In this document: positions 24,282 to 37,022 of the stretch, piece by piece
Position numbering within the stretch: position 1 is the first letter of the stretch
How the letters are laid out: every line of letters begins with the position of its first letter
From: Monocercomonoides exilis PA203
Lineage: Eukaryota; Protista; Preaxostyla
NCBI GenBank assembly: GCA_001643675.2
Contig: LSRY02000047.1
Coordinates: 682,001 to 746,000, forward strand
Direction of reading: 5' to 3'
DNA: 64,000 nucleotides
Program-made: the position numbers and the translations under genes
The notes under the pieces: generated by a model
What the model was told of the DNA's origin: nothing
Seen by the model: only the letters and a program-made list of their open reading frames with translations
The model's database searches: none

Positions 24282-25276
24282 ATGGAAGCGCAAAAATATA
24301 TTGTGCCATTGACTGGCACTTTGATTGGTGCATTAGGAGTTTATGGATTTCAGTGGGTTATGGGCAAAATTCAACAGAAGCACAGGAAAAACAAGAAATC
24401 ACATAAAGCTTCTTCGACTGCCAATTCAGCATCTTCAAACACCAAAAATGAGCAGTCTTCAAGCGATGAGACAGATGTTTCAGGAGATACAATATTGAAG
24501 CTTCCTCACATTTACACGCCTCGTCTTGTTTCTGCACCTATTCGAACAGTTGCAGAGCGTGCTTTTGATCTTCTGAAAGGTTTGCTGATGCGAATAAAAA
24601 ATTGTTGTTAAAAATAAAGTTTATAATAACGCTTGCATATCTCGCTGAATGCAATGTTTTATATGATTTTTTAGAGAAGTTTCCAGAGCAAGTTGAAATT
24701 GTGCCTTTCAGATACTTCTTTCCTCTCTCAAGCTCCACCCTTACACTTCTTTCACTGACACCAGAAATAACCGAGCCTATGATTGCTGGACACCCACAAA
24801 CAATTTACAACACATTTCTGTATCCTGTGAAAAGCGTCTTGCAAAATGCGTCAATCAGTCGTTTCTGGTTTGAGGTGATCCACCAAAACACACAAGGTTT
24901 GTATAATATGTTTTATTTTGCATTATTTTATAAAAAAATATTTGACTATAATTTTTTGTGTGAAGATCCTCTTTTGGAATGGAGCAAGTCTGCATATAAG
25001 CTTGACAACTTCAAGCCCAAAGCAAAAACGAACAAAATAACACACGCAATTCCATTATTTATAGCAAGTTTAGAAGACAGGATTCAAGATCCGTTTTTGG
25101 CCAAGCTGCTATTTGTTCGGCAATTTACACATTCTTCTCGGTGCCTGAACTCGCTTCCGATGTATGGTTCTATGGGTTCTTCATCCTCTTCTTCTTCTCA
25201 GTCAACTATTTCTAAAATTGTTCCTGCAAATGCAGCACCTTTGGCTGTCCTTGTATTTTGTGTTTGTGCGAAATAA
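24282..25276 (+). CDS. Hypothetical protein with N-terminal membrane anchor followed by a basic stretch (spliced)
   Basis: MEAQKYIVPLTGTLIGALGVYGFQWVMGK hydrophobic segment then KHRKNKK; coding-like exons separated by short introns. Confidence 0.6.
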
Positions 25277-25476
25277 AACTCGCAATGCTCTCATTTCTTT
25301 TTTTCTTCGTTGAACGAAATTCGCATCTTCACATACGTATTTCATATTTCACTTCAAAAATGCATCTCAAGGATGTCACTCATTTTCTAATTTTTTGTTA
25401 TTGAAATTTTAAATACTCTTTTGATCACATCCATAATCCACCAATAACTGTTTGCTTTTTTCCAAACAACAAAACA

Positions 25477-25986
25477 ATGTCAATCCCACCTCCACCTGGA
25501 CAAATCGCATCGAGCTCCACGTCATCAATGAGCGAAGTGGAAAGCACACTGCAACGAATAAATCAGCATCCTGGGGTGCTGGGGCTGATAGTGACACATG
25601 GAGATGGAAAAGGAACTCGATGCCTTGCGTCGAGTGAAGATAGCCCTGTGATGAGCGGAAAGGATAACTATGCAAATTACTGCACGCTCCTAGCTTCGCA
25701 AGCAAGAAGTTCAATTCGAGATTTGGATCCATTGGTTTGATTAATTTTTTTATGTTTCATATTTTTTCATCGAATTATACATCAACATGCAATTCAACGG
25801 GGATCAGGACGATTTAAAATTCATGCGAGTGAGGACAAGAAAAGTTGAGATGATGATTGCACCTGGTTTGCGATTTTTTCTGTTTTTCAAAAAATTCTCA
25901 TTGTTGGTGTTGTGGGTTTTCTTTTTTATTTTTCAGTAAAAGAGCACACAATCATTTGTGTGCAAGATCCATCTGTCAAAAAATAA
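25477..25986 (+). CDS. DYNLRB: Dynein light chain roadblock/LC7
   Basis: SEVESTLQRINQHPGVLGLIV..ARSSIRDLDPL|DDLKFMRVRTRKVEMMIAP|VKEHTIICVQ; two introns. Confidence 0.93.
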
Positions 25987-26255
25987 GCAACCGACAATTT
26001 TTAAACACGCCACACATTTCACGCTTCAACCTTTTTCGTTTTTGTTTCTTGTCACATTCGTTCAATATTTTTTTTTTTGAAAAGAACTGAAATAATTCTT
26101 CATTAATTTTGTGAAACAAAGCTAAACTCAATGAGACAAATATTAGAGAAAGTGATAAGTTTTCATGTTGTGCGATATGTTTCAGATTTGCGAGGAAAAA
26201 TGGATCATCACAAAAAAGAAACACACAGAACACAACACGATGATCAGCAAGATTC

Positions 26256-26961
26256 CTATCTGTAACGATGGAGGTTGACGGTATTTCTGCGTTTCCATGA
26301 AGCACGACGGGACGGGCGCAGCTTTCTCAAGCCGTATCCCTTTGACATCAATCCACGGAAGTGGCGGCCAGCGCTTGTCAGTCCGTGGAGCTCTCTGTGC
26401 TTGTGGACAGGGTTGGCAACCCAGCGATATCTTGGATCATTGCGAATTGCGTTGTGGCTTGGATCAACAAGGATGACTTCGTACCACTTGAAGATACCGT
26501 CTTGGGCAACCCAGTATGAGTTCAGCACACGAAGATTCGGGCATCTCTTTCCAACACGTCCCTCGGCGGTCGAGCGCATGTTGCGTGCAAAAGTCAGCTG
26601 ATGCACACCATGCCACTTGGGCTTGTGGTAGGTGATACCCTTCTTGACCGGACGCTTGCGGCTTCCACGGCGAACACGAATTCGATAAAGCAAAAATCCC
26701 TGCTTTGCCTTGTATCCCAACTTGCGTGCTTTGTCAGCTCTAGTTGGGCGAGTGATGCGGTGGCATACAGGAAGTTGACGGTATTCCCATGCGCGAACAC
26801 GGAACAAGAAGCGCATTACATCGCTTTGTTTCTTTCTCCACAATTCTGCATTCAGTCAGCAGGATCAAATTTACAAATTCCACAAAAAAGATTAAAAATT
26901 ATATGCAACTTCCAGCATTAAACAAATATCTCATACCTTGGATGTAAGAGTAAGCACCCAT
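26256..26961 (-). CDS. RPL15: 60S ribosomal protein eL15
   Basis: MGAYSYIQ|[33 protein letters not shown]..; one intron. Confidence 0.98.
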
Positions 26962-27106
26962 GTTTTTGGTGAATGATCTCTTGTTGATCCTAAACTTATA
27001 TTTTGAAAATACAAAAAAAATTTCTTTTCATCAACGCTGAAAAAAAATATTAACGACAATAAAAACAAAAAAAAAAGATTTATGACAATAAATTTAAAAA
27101 CAAAAG

Positions 27107-27636
27107 GGTAAAGTGTAACTTATTGGGTCCGAAAATTTTCATAGAAATTATCTTGAATTATTTCTTAAATATACTTCATTGTTGAAAATTCGATTAATAA
27201 ATGTGTAATTAAGTTTCAACGATTAACAAATAAGTTGTGAATTTCAGTTTCATTACCAAAAATAAAACCAGAATTTACAAATATTTACTGAAACATACAA
27301 AATTTTCTTCATTCTCCAACGAATTTTCTTCTTAAATTAACTTTAATCAAAAAATCCTCAAAAAAAAATTGTTGTTATTAACAGAATCTGAAGATATTTC
27401 ATCATCTTTGAAGTTTTTTTTTCATTATCCATAAAAAATATTGAATGGATCTGTCCAACCTATTGAGTGATAATGATTTAAAAATAATGTTCTGATAGGA
27501 TTTTTCAATAGAAATCATAATTTTTTTTTACAAAAAATATCATTCGATGAATGATGATATTCGAATGTGTCAAATTTGGTGAAACATTGATTATAATTCA
27601 CAGTGAAAATCGGGACCCAATATGTTACATCTTACC
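27107..27636. mobile_element. MITE with GGTAA termini and 8-bp TSD (Merlin-like)
   Basis: AACAAAAG|GGTAAAGTGTAACTTATTGGGTCC...GGGACCCAATATGTTACATCTTACC|AACAAAAG. Confidence 0.8.
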
Positions 27637-28216
27637 AACAAAAGATGGCTTTTATTAAATAAAATGAATTTATTTAACTAATAGAAAATTTCGCTTTATA
27701 CAAAAATAACAATTGGGAATTTATTTTTTCTTCAATTCTGAAATCTTTTTTGATTTTAATTAATCTTGGGGAATAAGAATATAGAACAGTCAAATGGATT
27801 GTATCTTTTCTTCCATTTGTTTTTTTACGAAGCGAAACAATTGAAGTACCACTTCAATCATGAAAAAAAAGTACAGACAACAATCAAGAAAGAATAATAA
27901 AAATAGTACAATAAAAAGACATATTTATAAAATAAGATGAAATATAAAACTGGACTATTGATTGAAACCTTCTTTCTTTATAAAGGCAAATAATAATAAA
28001 AAAACGAACAAAACATTCTCAAACTTAGAAAAAAATAACCACAGAAAGTGGTTATAATAAGTGAATTAGAACGGAATAAAATTAAAAAAATAATCAAAAA
28101 GATTTAATTGCCACGCATTTCATTTGCTCATTTATCTCATTATGCGTATAAACCCAATCTTTTCTTTTCTTTTCTTTTCTTTTCTTTTCTTTTGTGGGAT
28201 ATCAAAAAAAAAGAAA

Positions 28217-29629
28217 TTACCATGGCCTTGCAGCAGGATACGGCTGCGACGGCCACACAGAAGCGCCAGCCGGCTGGCACATCATCTGCATCTGCGGCGA
28301 CGGAATTGGAGACGGTGAAGGAGATCCAGCCCATCCTCCTCCGGGGCCGTACATCGCCTGCCCAACCATCGGCACACCAACTCCCATCTGCGCCTGGGGA
28401 TGCGGCTGAAACATCGCCATGATCGACGCAGCATTCTGCTGAGTGGCCTCTTTCGAGGACACATTCATGTCAAGCACAAGACTAGGCTCGTCGTTGCTCA
28501 CAGGCGCAAACCCTCCAAAGCCTGGCGCACCAGCAGGACCCAAGGCCCCCATCGGAGGCGCTGCGGGAGGCGGAGACGTGAAGGGCGAGAAAGAGACAGC
28601 CGGCGGAGAAGGCGTTGGAGAGGGGAATTTCGGAGATTGGGTGTTTGAAAAAGCTGGAGAGGGACTCTGGCTGTTTGACTTCACAGCCCCACCTCCGGAC
28701 AATCGTGCTATTTCGGCATTAATATCGAATCCTGTTGGTTCAACATGCGGCTTTGTTTGAATTTGTACCAGATCTGGTTCATCAGATGTAACAACAACTT
28801 TGGCAGTTGATGACTGGGAAAGTCTTTGCTGTGGAGTGACTCTGGAAGGAGTTCCAGTTGAAGCTGGAGTCGAAGAAGCTCTGATAGAAGATGGTGCAGG
28901 TGAAGTGTATGGAGATGATGATGGTGTTACGCCTAATCTTGCTTCACGAAGCTGCTCAACCTGAGATTTTCGCTTTTCTCCAGAGTATTGCGCTGACTCC
29001 GCTGGAGATGGAGAAGAACTAAACTCAGAATGAACATTTGTTGAAGAAACACGCACAGGTGAAGGAGATGGCCTTTGTGAATCTTTAGGAGATGGAGATG
29101 GGGATGGAGATGGAGATGGAGCAACAGTTACTTGCCCAACTGGACGTCCAGGGAAAATCTGTGCATAAGCAGGTGGCACTGGTCCATCTGGACTTGCCCA
29201 CATCTTTTTCACATATTTATTCCGAATAAATGTTCTACGCTCTCCTGGTGTGGTTGGTCGTTTATAATCCGCAGGAAGAAGCGCCTCCAAAAACGCGTTT
29301 GCTCTTTTATTTCCCATACTAACCATTGTTTTGACTTGTTCTTGATTCCACTGATCCATGTCTGTTGATTTCACAAATGAAGTCGTAGGGCCTAATGCGC
29401 GATGTTCCCCGCTACACGGATAGCAAATATAAATGCCAAAAGTGATTGAAGTCCATTTTGGATCTAAATAAAAACGCATCAATTTTTATTGCATCACAAA
29501 AATAAAATAAATGCTTCCAAGTTTTATTTACTTACGAAACAACAAACTTTTTTGTCCACAATCGGCACAAACACCATTTCCATCCAATTTCATTTGGCCA
29601 GCCAAAATTTTCTCGAATTGCTTATCCAT
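28217..29629 (-). CDS. ArfGAP (SMAP-like) with Pro/Ser-rich tail
   Basis: GNGVCADCGQK|DPKWTSITFGIYICYPCSGEHRALG..VKSTDMDQW..GNKRAN..FIRNKY; Met/Pro-rich C-terminus. Confidence 0.92.
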
Positions 29630-29997
29630 TAATATATAAGAAAATCAAAAATATGCGTTGCAGGTTCCAACTAGAATGAAAAGGAATAACTTAACAAAAA
29701 CGACTTTGATCAGAACCATACTCTATAATTGACATTTCGAGAAAACTGACATAGAAAGATAAAATTTCTGGAAAAATTTTATGATCCATTATCATACTCA
29801 AAGCAATAAAAATCAAAATGGCTTGCTGATTAAAAAATCTTGAAACATAAAAAATTATTTCAAAAAGAAATTCTCAGTCAATAAAAAACATTTCGACATG
29901 ATAAAAGGAAATATGAAGTGTGGTGCTTATATAATGCAAAATAAGAAAAATTTGTTATTAAAATAGAAAATTAAAAACATAATACTTTATTATTCAT

Positions 29998-31155
29998 TTA
30001 TCCTTCTTTCTTTTTTTCTTCGTTTTTGCCACTTGTTTTTTCATCATCTTTACCCATTTCTTCCTTTTTTCTTCTCATCCATTCTTCATATTGATCAATA
30101 TTTCTTTTCAGGATATCTTCGATAGGTCCTAACAGACGTTGAAATGCACTCTTTTCGAGTGTAAGGAATTTACATTTGGAGAGAGCAATAACAGACGCTT
30201 TACGAGTCATTTCTTCTGAAAGCAACGCAACTTCACCAAAGAATTCTCCTGATCCCAATTCTCCAACTTTTGTTGGTCCAACTGATGGATCTACCGTTCG
30301 TAACACTTCCACTCTTCCACTTTCGATAATGTAAAAACGAGTTCCAATATCTCCCTCAGCAACAACTACAATTCCTTGCTCGCATTCTTGAGGTTGAAGT
30401 GCGTCACAAAGAGTCTGTCGTTCATATTTGTCAAGTGAATCGAAAAATCTAACTTTCGAGATAAAATCTTGATATTTCATTCGCTTTTCCATGACTGTCT
30501 TCATCATAACATGCCTATATGTCGCTTGATCAATTGCCCAAAGTACGCAGTCTGTTGTAGCTTGTATTGTTGCAGCTCGTGGACAGTTGTGCATCAACGC
30601 AAGCTCACCGAAAGATTCTCCTGCGTTCAGATGAGATACCTTCACTGGCTCCGATGTCTTGTCTTGAGCTATTAAAACATCTACTTCACCAGAATCTATA
30701 ACATAAAAATAGTCCCCTTTGTCGAATTGTCTTATAATAATATCATTTGCTTTTTTCTTCATCTCGAACATTGCATCTAAAAGTCAATTTTTTGAAAAAA
30801 ATAAAGATAATTGCATTTTTTGTCAACTCTCATAAAAGGAAAATCATAACAACATACCAACAATCATTTCTTTTTGTTCTTCATCAAGAGCAAAAAATAG
30901 AAAGTTTGTTTTCGTAATTTCTCGTATTTTCGCTTTAGATTGCTCAGTTTTTTCAACAACTGATATTGTTTTTGTTTCATCATATTTAACGGTTGGAGGA
31001 GCGATAATTGCATGCCGCCGCCCGCTACGATAACGTCCAGAAGTTGTTGGAGGTCGTGGAGCCTCTGTTCCTTCTTCAAGCTCATCTGGAATTGCTGTTC
31101 GTTCTAGAATTGGAGATTTAGTTGGAGAAGGAGAGGACATTTCAGGAGTTGCCAT
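29998..31155 (-). CDS. PKAR: cAMP-dependent protein kinase regulatory subunit
   Basis: RRHAI pseudosubstrate; two cNMP domains with FGELALMHNCPRAAT and FGEVALL..TRKAS; one intron. Confidence 0.93.
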
Positions 31156-31649
31156 TTATAAACACAAAGCCAAAATGGACCCAAAAACTAGATCAATCCC
31201 ATTTATACATATGCATTATATGAGATTGGTAACTTTCTATTTGATGTTATTATTAAAAAAGATCTCAAATGTTTCATATGATCTTTATGCATTATGTTTT
31301 AACAAAAACAAATCGTGTTATTTCATTGAAAAAGAAAAACATTTTTCTAACAAAGAAGAAGTTATTGACCGATGCAATTTTACCAACATATGTCTTACAT
31401 GCATCTTATCATAAAGACAATGCCATGCAAAAAATTATACTTCACTAATCATGATGAACTTCAAAGGCTCAAAAAAATTGGAAAGAATATTTTTGCAATA
31501 ACTCTTTTCACTTATATAAAAAAGATAAAAAAGTCTTTTGAAAATGCTCCGAAAGTCATGTGATAAATTTCACAGGTATATTCATTTAAACAATGTTTTT
31601 ATCAATTCACTTTTCCAAAAAGTTTCCCACTTTTAAATTTGTTTGAATA

Positions 31650-34600
31650 ATGATTGTGTTGTTACTGCTGTTGCTATCATTTTTTGTCCTTTCTGTGGAC
31701 AGAACAAAATATATGGTGTATGAGGAATCAGGATTTTACAGAAGAAACAGATCATTATTTCCTGGAGCTGCACCATTTTATCTATCTCCAAATATGACTG
31801 TTCACAACTCTTCAATAACTGGGATCGTTATAAATAGACTTGAATCAGTTATTCTTTCTTACACATTTTCCTTTTATGAGGAAGGGATTGTTCGCTTTAC
31901 TCTCTTTGAAGAAGATGGGTTGTATATACGATTGCCGATTTCTGATGTCTTGATAGATTATGTTGAGCCATGTCCAATTTCAGCAACGAAAGATAATGAA
32001 ACAATGACTATTAAATTTGGAAATTATCAGATGAAAATTTATTTCAAACGATTTTTGTTTGAACTTAGTGATGAAAATGGCGTTTACATGATGCTTAACA
32101 AAAATAAGATGTTCAATTTCGAACATTACAGAGAACGTCCAAGATGGATGCCAGAAGTTACTGTGAAATCTTCATCTATAAAAGGAAAAGAATCAACGGT
32201 GACAGTTCCATCAACGACTGCTGTTAGACGAAAGCCACTTTCTTTGCCAATTCCTGGAAAGTATCCTGCCGAAACAGATAATATGTGGGAAGAGACCTGG
32301 CGTGGGTTCACAGATTCGAAGCCTCGAGGCCCATCTTCCTTGGGATTGGAAGTGACATTTGTTGGAATGAGTGATGTTCACGGATTGCCTGAACGAGCGA
32401 CCACTTTGTCTCTTCCAACCACAAAGGGAAGAGACCCAGTCATCAGAGAGCCTATTCGCTTATATAACACCGATGTCTTCCAATACGAGATGGACTCGCT
32501 CCAGCCGCTGTATGGCTCCATCCCGCTGGTTGTTGGGCGGCATCCGATGACAGGCAGAGCAGCTGGCTGCCTGTGGCTGAATGCAGCAGACACGTGGGTC
32601 GACATTGAGAAGGAGCGGGGCACTGACACATTCAGCACAAGCGTCATTGATGCTGAGACGGGAGAAATGTACACGAAGAACGGAAGACCTGCAATCAAGA
32701 CGAACATCACTGTGCATTTCATTAGCGAGGCCGGTCGGATGGACGTGCTGTGCTGGCCAGGCAACAACAGAAAGAGCAAAAACCAGAGCAAAATGAAAAG
32801 CACAGAGGAAATGAAGCAACAGCAACAGAAGAATGAATCAATCAAAGAGAACGAATCAGCATCAAACAAAACATCTGTCAATACAACAGCAAACAACACA
32901 TCAACAAGCAATTCATCTTCAGCCAACAGTCAGCCATTTCACGACAGAGGGCATTATCTCACCGGCATAGCTTCCGTCATGTGGAAGTATGCTCGGCTGA
33001 CGGGTGCTCCGTGTCTGCCTCCTCTCTTTGCACTGGGCTACCACCAATGTCGATGGAACTATTTCACCGACGCCGAAGTGAGCGGGATTGTGGCTGGGTT
33101 TGACGAGCACCGCATTCCGATGGATGTGGTGTGGCTGGATGTGGAGCACACAGAGAGGAAGAAGTACTTCACGTGGAATAGGCTCAGCTTTCCCGAGCCT
33201 GTGGTTATGCAGGAGAAGATGGCGCAGATGGGGCTGAAGCTGGTGACGATTGTTGATCCGCATGTGAAGCAGGAGGGAGGTTACCCCGTGGGCGGTGAGG
33301 CCGGCGTGAACGGCTTCCTCATCCGCACTAGCGACGGCGAGACACCCTTCGAAGGTAACTGCTGGCCAGGTATCTCAGTCTACCCGGACTTCCTCGACCC
33401 CACAACACGCTATTGGTGGAGCGAGTATTTCTCCGCTGCACCTCGACGATTCGGAGAATCTTCTGAGATACTGCAGGCGACGGGGCAGGCGTGGAGCGCA
33501 TCGACGCTTGGCACGCCCATATTGCACCACTGGAACGATATGAACGAGCCAACCGTATTTGACGGACCGGAGACTTCGATGCCGAAGGACTGCCTGCATT
33601 TGGATGGAAGAGAGCATCGCGAGGTGCACAATGTGTTTGGACACCACTTTGTGATGGCGACTCATCAAGGGATGAGCACAAGATACGCCTTCACTTCGAA
33701 GACACAATACCAGTCATCTTCAGCAGCTGCCTCTGCCACTGCACGGAAGCACTCTCAACCGCTGCCGATGCAGGCAGAGCGGCCGTTCATCCTCACTCGC
33801 TCGTTCTTTGCAGGCACACAGCGCTATGCAGCCATGTGGACAGGCGACAACACAGCCAGCTGGAGCCAGCTGAGAGGAGGGATAGCGATGCTGCTGACGA
33901 TTTCGGTGAGCGGGTTCCCGTTTGTTGGCACAGACATCGGCGGCTTCTTCTTTGACCCCACGCCTGAGCTGATGATCAGATGGTACCAGGCTGCTGCATT
34001 CACCCCGTTCTTCCGGTCGCATGCCCATCTGGACACGAAACACAGAGAGCCGTGGATGTTTGAAGCAACCGACAAGGACATCATGAGAGAAGCCATCATT
34101 GGCAGATACAAGCTGCTCCCGCTGTTCTACACGCTCTTCCACGAGGCGGCTGATGTTGGGCTGCCAGTCATGCGGCCTGTGTGGATGGAGTGCGCGTGGG
34201 AGCTGCCTCGCACGACGGATACGAGCGAAATTGCAGGATTCAAGCAGCATACAACTGAAAATGTTGAGGAATCGAAGAAACAGAATGAAGGGAATACAGA
34301 AGATAATGATGAGCAACAAGAAGCCTCAACAAATTCTTCAAATGAATCAGATGAAAATAAGAAAACCGAACAAACAAACAGCACAAAGCCGAACGAGAAG
34401 CTTTTGGAAGAAAGAAAAAAAGCAGCAAAACTACGAAAAGAAGAGAAGAAGAGAGAAAAATTACGAACGGAGCATTTTTATGCCGACGAAGAGACGTTTA
34501 TGGTTGGATCATCACTTTATGTTGTTCCCATCACAGAGTCTGGAATCAAAACAAAGACGATCTATCTTCCACCCTATCGCAATCCAGATGCGCTCAGCAG

Positions 34601-35684
34601 AGACACAAAAGAAGCAGACGAATTATCAGAGCCTTCTTTTTCACCAAACATCACACAGCCTCCTGTTGACCGAAGTGGCTGTCTGCTATGGTATTCACAT
34701 GCAACTGGAAGAAGCTACAATGCGTGCCGCAGCCACCCCATTCAGATGGCTGTGCGGCGCAGTCACATTCCAGTCTTCCAGCGCGGCGGGTCGGTTGTGC
34801 CGACGTGGCAGCGCTACCGACGCTCCTCGTTCCACATGATCAACGACCCACTCACGCTGATTGTGGCACCTGATGGCAACGGACAGGCAGAAGGAGAGCT
34901 GTTTATGGACGATGGGCACTCACACGCATGGGCAGCGCTGGGACACATGGCGAGGAGAAGGTTCAGGATGAGGAAGCATGTGTTTGATGTGCTGGACGAG
35001 GCAGAGAAAGTTGCCAATAACACAAGCACATCCACAACTACGGGAAGTAATGAAGCTCAAAAGAAGACGAGCTTACTGGGAAAACTGTTTGGGAAAGGAG
35101 CAGGAAAAGCAGAAGTTGGATCGAAAAAGCCGTCAAAGCCCACAGCTACGCTGACAATCACAAACAGAGACATTCCTCAGCCGCCTGTTGGCTTCAGACA
35201 CATCACAAGCACAGACTACTATGCAGGGCTGATTTCTTCGATGCGCCAGGCAGCTGCACAAGTATCAGCACTGTCATCAAACAGGACATCTTCTCCTTCA
35301 TCTTCTAATTCTAATTCTTCTTCTAATTCAAGCACAAATACATCAGCGTATGATGCAGCAGTTGATGCAGCGATTGAGTCTGTCTTTGAGCCTCTTGTGT
35401 TTCCACCATTTATCGACTCAGACTCACCGCCACTGCAGTCGACGTGGGCAGAGATCAAAGAAAGAAGCTGGGTGGAGAAGATCATTCTGCGGGGGCAGCC
35501 TACAGAGCCATTCAAAGCTGTGCTGCGTATTAAAAAACAGAAAGAACAGGGAAAGAATGAAGAAAAATTGGTTGAGGAGATTCCAATTGCTTTTGAATAT
35601 ACACCACACAGCAACACTGCAACGCTTGTTATTCCGAAACAGGCGAGAACATGCGAAGATTGGGATATTGTCATTACAATTTAG
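31650..35684 (+). CDS. GANAB: Glucosidase II alpha subunit (GH31)
   Basis: Signal peptide; RLYNTDVF, LYGSIP, LGYHQCRWNY, WLDVEH, WNDMNEP nucleophile motif, WTGDN, GTDIGGF, FFRSHAH; intronless 1344 aa. Confidence 0.95.
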   Translation: MIVLLLLLLSFFVLSVDRTKYMVYEESGFYRRNRSLFPGAAPFYLSPNMTVHNSSITGIVINRLESVILSYTFSFYEEGIVRFTLFEEDGLYIRLPISDVLIDYVEPCPISATKDNETMTIKFGNYQMKIYFKRFLFELSDENGVYMMLNKNKMFNFEHYRERPRWMPEVTVKSSSIKGKESTVTVPSTTAVRRKPLSLPIPGKYPAETDNMWEETWRGFTDSKPRGPSSLGLEVTFVGMSDVHGLPERATTLSLPTTKGRDPVIREPIRLYNTDVFQYEMDSLQPLYGSIPLVVGRHPMTGRAAGCLWLNAADTWVDIEKERGTDTFSTSVIDAETGEMYTKNGRPAIKTNITVHFISEAGRMDVLCWPGNNRKSKNQSKMKSTEEMKQQQQKNESIKENESASNKTSVNTTANNTSTSNSSSANSQPFHDRGHYLTGIASVMWKYARLTGAPCLPPLFALGYHQCRWNYFTDAEVSGIVAGFDEHRIPMDVVWLDVEHTERKKYFTWNRLSFPEPVVMQEKMAQMGLKLVTIVDPHVKQEGGYPVGGEAGVNGFLIRTSDGETPFEGNCWPGISVYPDFLDPTTRYWWSEYFSAAPRRFGESSEILQATGQAWSASTLGTPILHHWNDMNEPTVFDGPETSMPKDCLHLDGREHREVHNVFGHHFVMATHQGMSTRYAFTSKTQYQSSSAAASATARKHSQPLPMQAERPFILTRSFFAGTQRYAAMWTGDNTASWSQLRGGIAMLLTISVSGFPFVGTDIGGFFFDPTPELMIRWYQAAAFTPFFRSHAHLDTKHREPWMFEATDKDIMREAIIGRYKLLPLFYTLFHEAADVGLPVMRPVWMECAWELPRTTDTSEIAGFKQHTTENVEESKKQNEGNTEDNDEQQEASTNSSNESDENKKTEQTNSTKPNEKLLEERKKAAKLRKEEKKREKLRTEHFYADEETFMVGSSLYVVPITESGIKTKTIYLPPYRNPDALSRDTKEADELSEPSFSPNITQPPVDRSGCLLWYSHATGRSYNACRSHPIQMAVRRSHIPVFQRGGSVVPTWQRYRRSSFHMINDPLTLIVAPDGNGQAEGELFMDDGHSHAWAALGHMARRRFRMRKHVFDVLDEAEKVANNTSTSTTTGSNEAQKKTSLLGKLFGKGAGKAEVGSKKPSKPTATLTITNRDIPQPPVGFRHITSTDYYAGLISSMRQAAAQVSALSSNRTSSPSSSNSNSSSNSSTNTSAYDAAVDAAIESVFEPLVFPPFIDSDSPPLQSTWAEIKERSWVEKIILRGQPTEPFKAVLRIKKQKEQGKNEEKLVEEIPIAFEYTPHSNTATLVIPKQARTCEDWDIVITI

Positions 35685-35995
35685 CATGATTGTTTTGTAA
35701 CTCAATTTATTCTTTGTTGTTTCATTTCACACTTTGGTTAATTTTTTCGTTCAGAAACTTGCGTTATGTTATTCCACTGCTTTTTCGTTTCTTCCATTTC
35801 ATTAAATGTGATATAATGAATATTTATTGTGTATTTTTTCTTTTATTTCAATTTTTTTCGAAAATACATAAGTGAAGGTTTTATGAAAATGAAACGAAGT
35901 GGACTTTGGTGGTGAATAAGTCTTTGAAACAGTAAATATTGAAGCGAAGAAGAGAAGAAAATAAGACAGAATGTTTTGTGATTTTCAGTTTCCAA

Positions 35996-36664
35996 TCAAC
36001 GCTCAGCTCTAACAGAGCACAGTCTTTGAGCTCTTCTGAGGATAGCATCTTTGGAGGAGTCGTACTAAGAATTTGAATTAATTCCGATTGAATCGCGTTT
36101 TAAAAAAACATATTTAAAGAACAAAAAGGATCACACTTCTTTTTCTTTCCCTGGAACCTCCAAAATAGCGGGCAATGGAGAAGAAAAGTCTTCAATTGTT
36201 TCTCGGATCATCTCAGCAATCTAAAAAACATGAATAATTAATATTAACAAAGCAAAAGGAAGAAAAGGAGTTGATACATGTTGAGTAATAATTAAAATTC
36301 CAATATCTGGACGTGTAGTGAATTTATGAAAAGCTTCTGCAACTTGGTCTTGAGTGGTTTCTTAAAAAAGACAATATTATTTAAATTCAATTTATTTTCA
36401 AAGACAAAGTCAATATATTCATTATCCTCCAAATGGAAATTAACAATGCTAACTGGAATCAACAATAAAGTAATTTGTGTTGTGAGAATTGTCCATGTTG
36501 CCAAGCCCGGTGAGCAAAAGACCAGTGACCAAATCCTGAAATAGAATGCAAATAGAAGAATTTTCAAAGTTCATATTTTAATAAAATTAAAGTTAAGCTC
36601 GGCGGAATACTTCTTCTCCAATTACAGCAATCAGTAAGCTTCCTTCGCGCACTCTTTTTGTCAT
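35996..36664 (-). CDS. ATP6V1F: V-ATPase subunit F (spliced, 5 exons)
   Basis: LLIAVIGEE|DLVTGLLLTGLG..|AFHKFTTRPDIGILIITQH|IAEMIRETI..LPAILEVPGK|..YDSSKDAILRRA; missed by the ORF track. Confidence 0.93.
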
Positions 36665-37022
36665 TCGTCTTAATTGATGGTATCGATCAAACTTTTTTTC
36701 TGAAAACGAAAAATATTCTAACAATTTGAATGAAACATGAATATTTCTATAAAATGAGATTCATTTCAAGAGCAAAGAAGAGCTTTTATCAATTTGAAAA
36801 AGTTGATAAACTTCACCAAAGAATATATCAGATTTCTTAACATTAATCAAATAAAACACATAAATGGAAAATATATATATTTTTTTATTGATAAAAATTT
36901 TTGTTTTATACAAAATTATTGAGAATCAAAAAAGTGTTTTTTTTTTGTGAGAAAAAAAAAAATTATTCGTTTTTTATTTGTAGAACGATCTAAACATCCG
37001 CTTTTTCTTGGCGGAACTGCAC

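Noticed and set aside
32126-35705. Many overlapping antisense and alternate-frame ORFs in GANAB (also KPNB1, ProRS, NEK)
   Set aside because: Expected shadow ORFs in GC-rich coding sequence; no motifs
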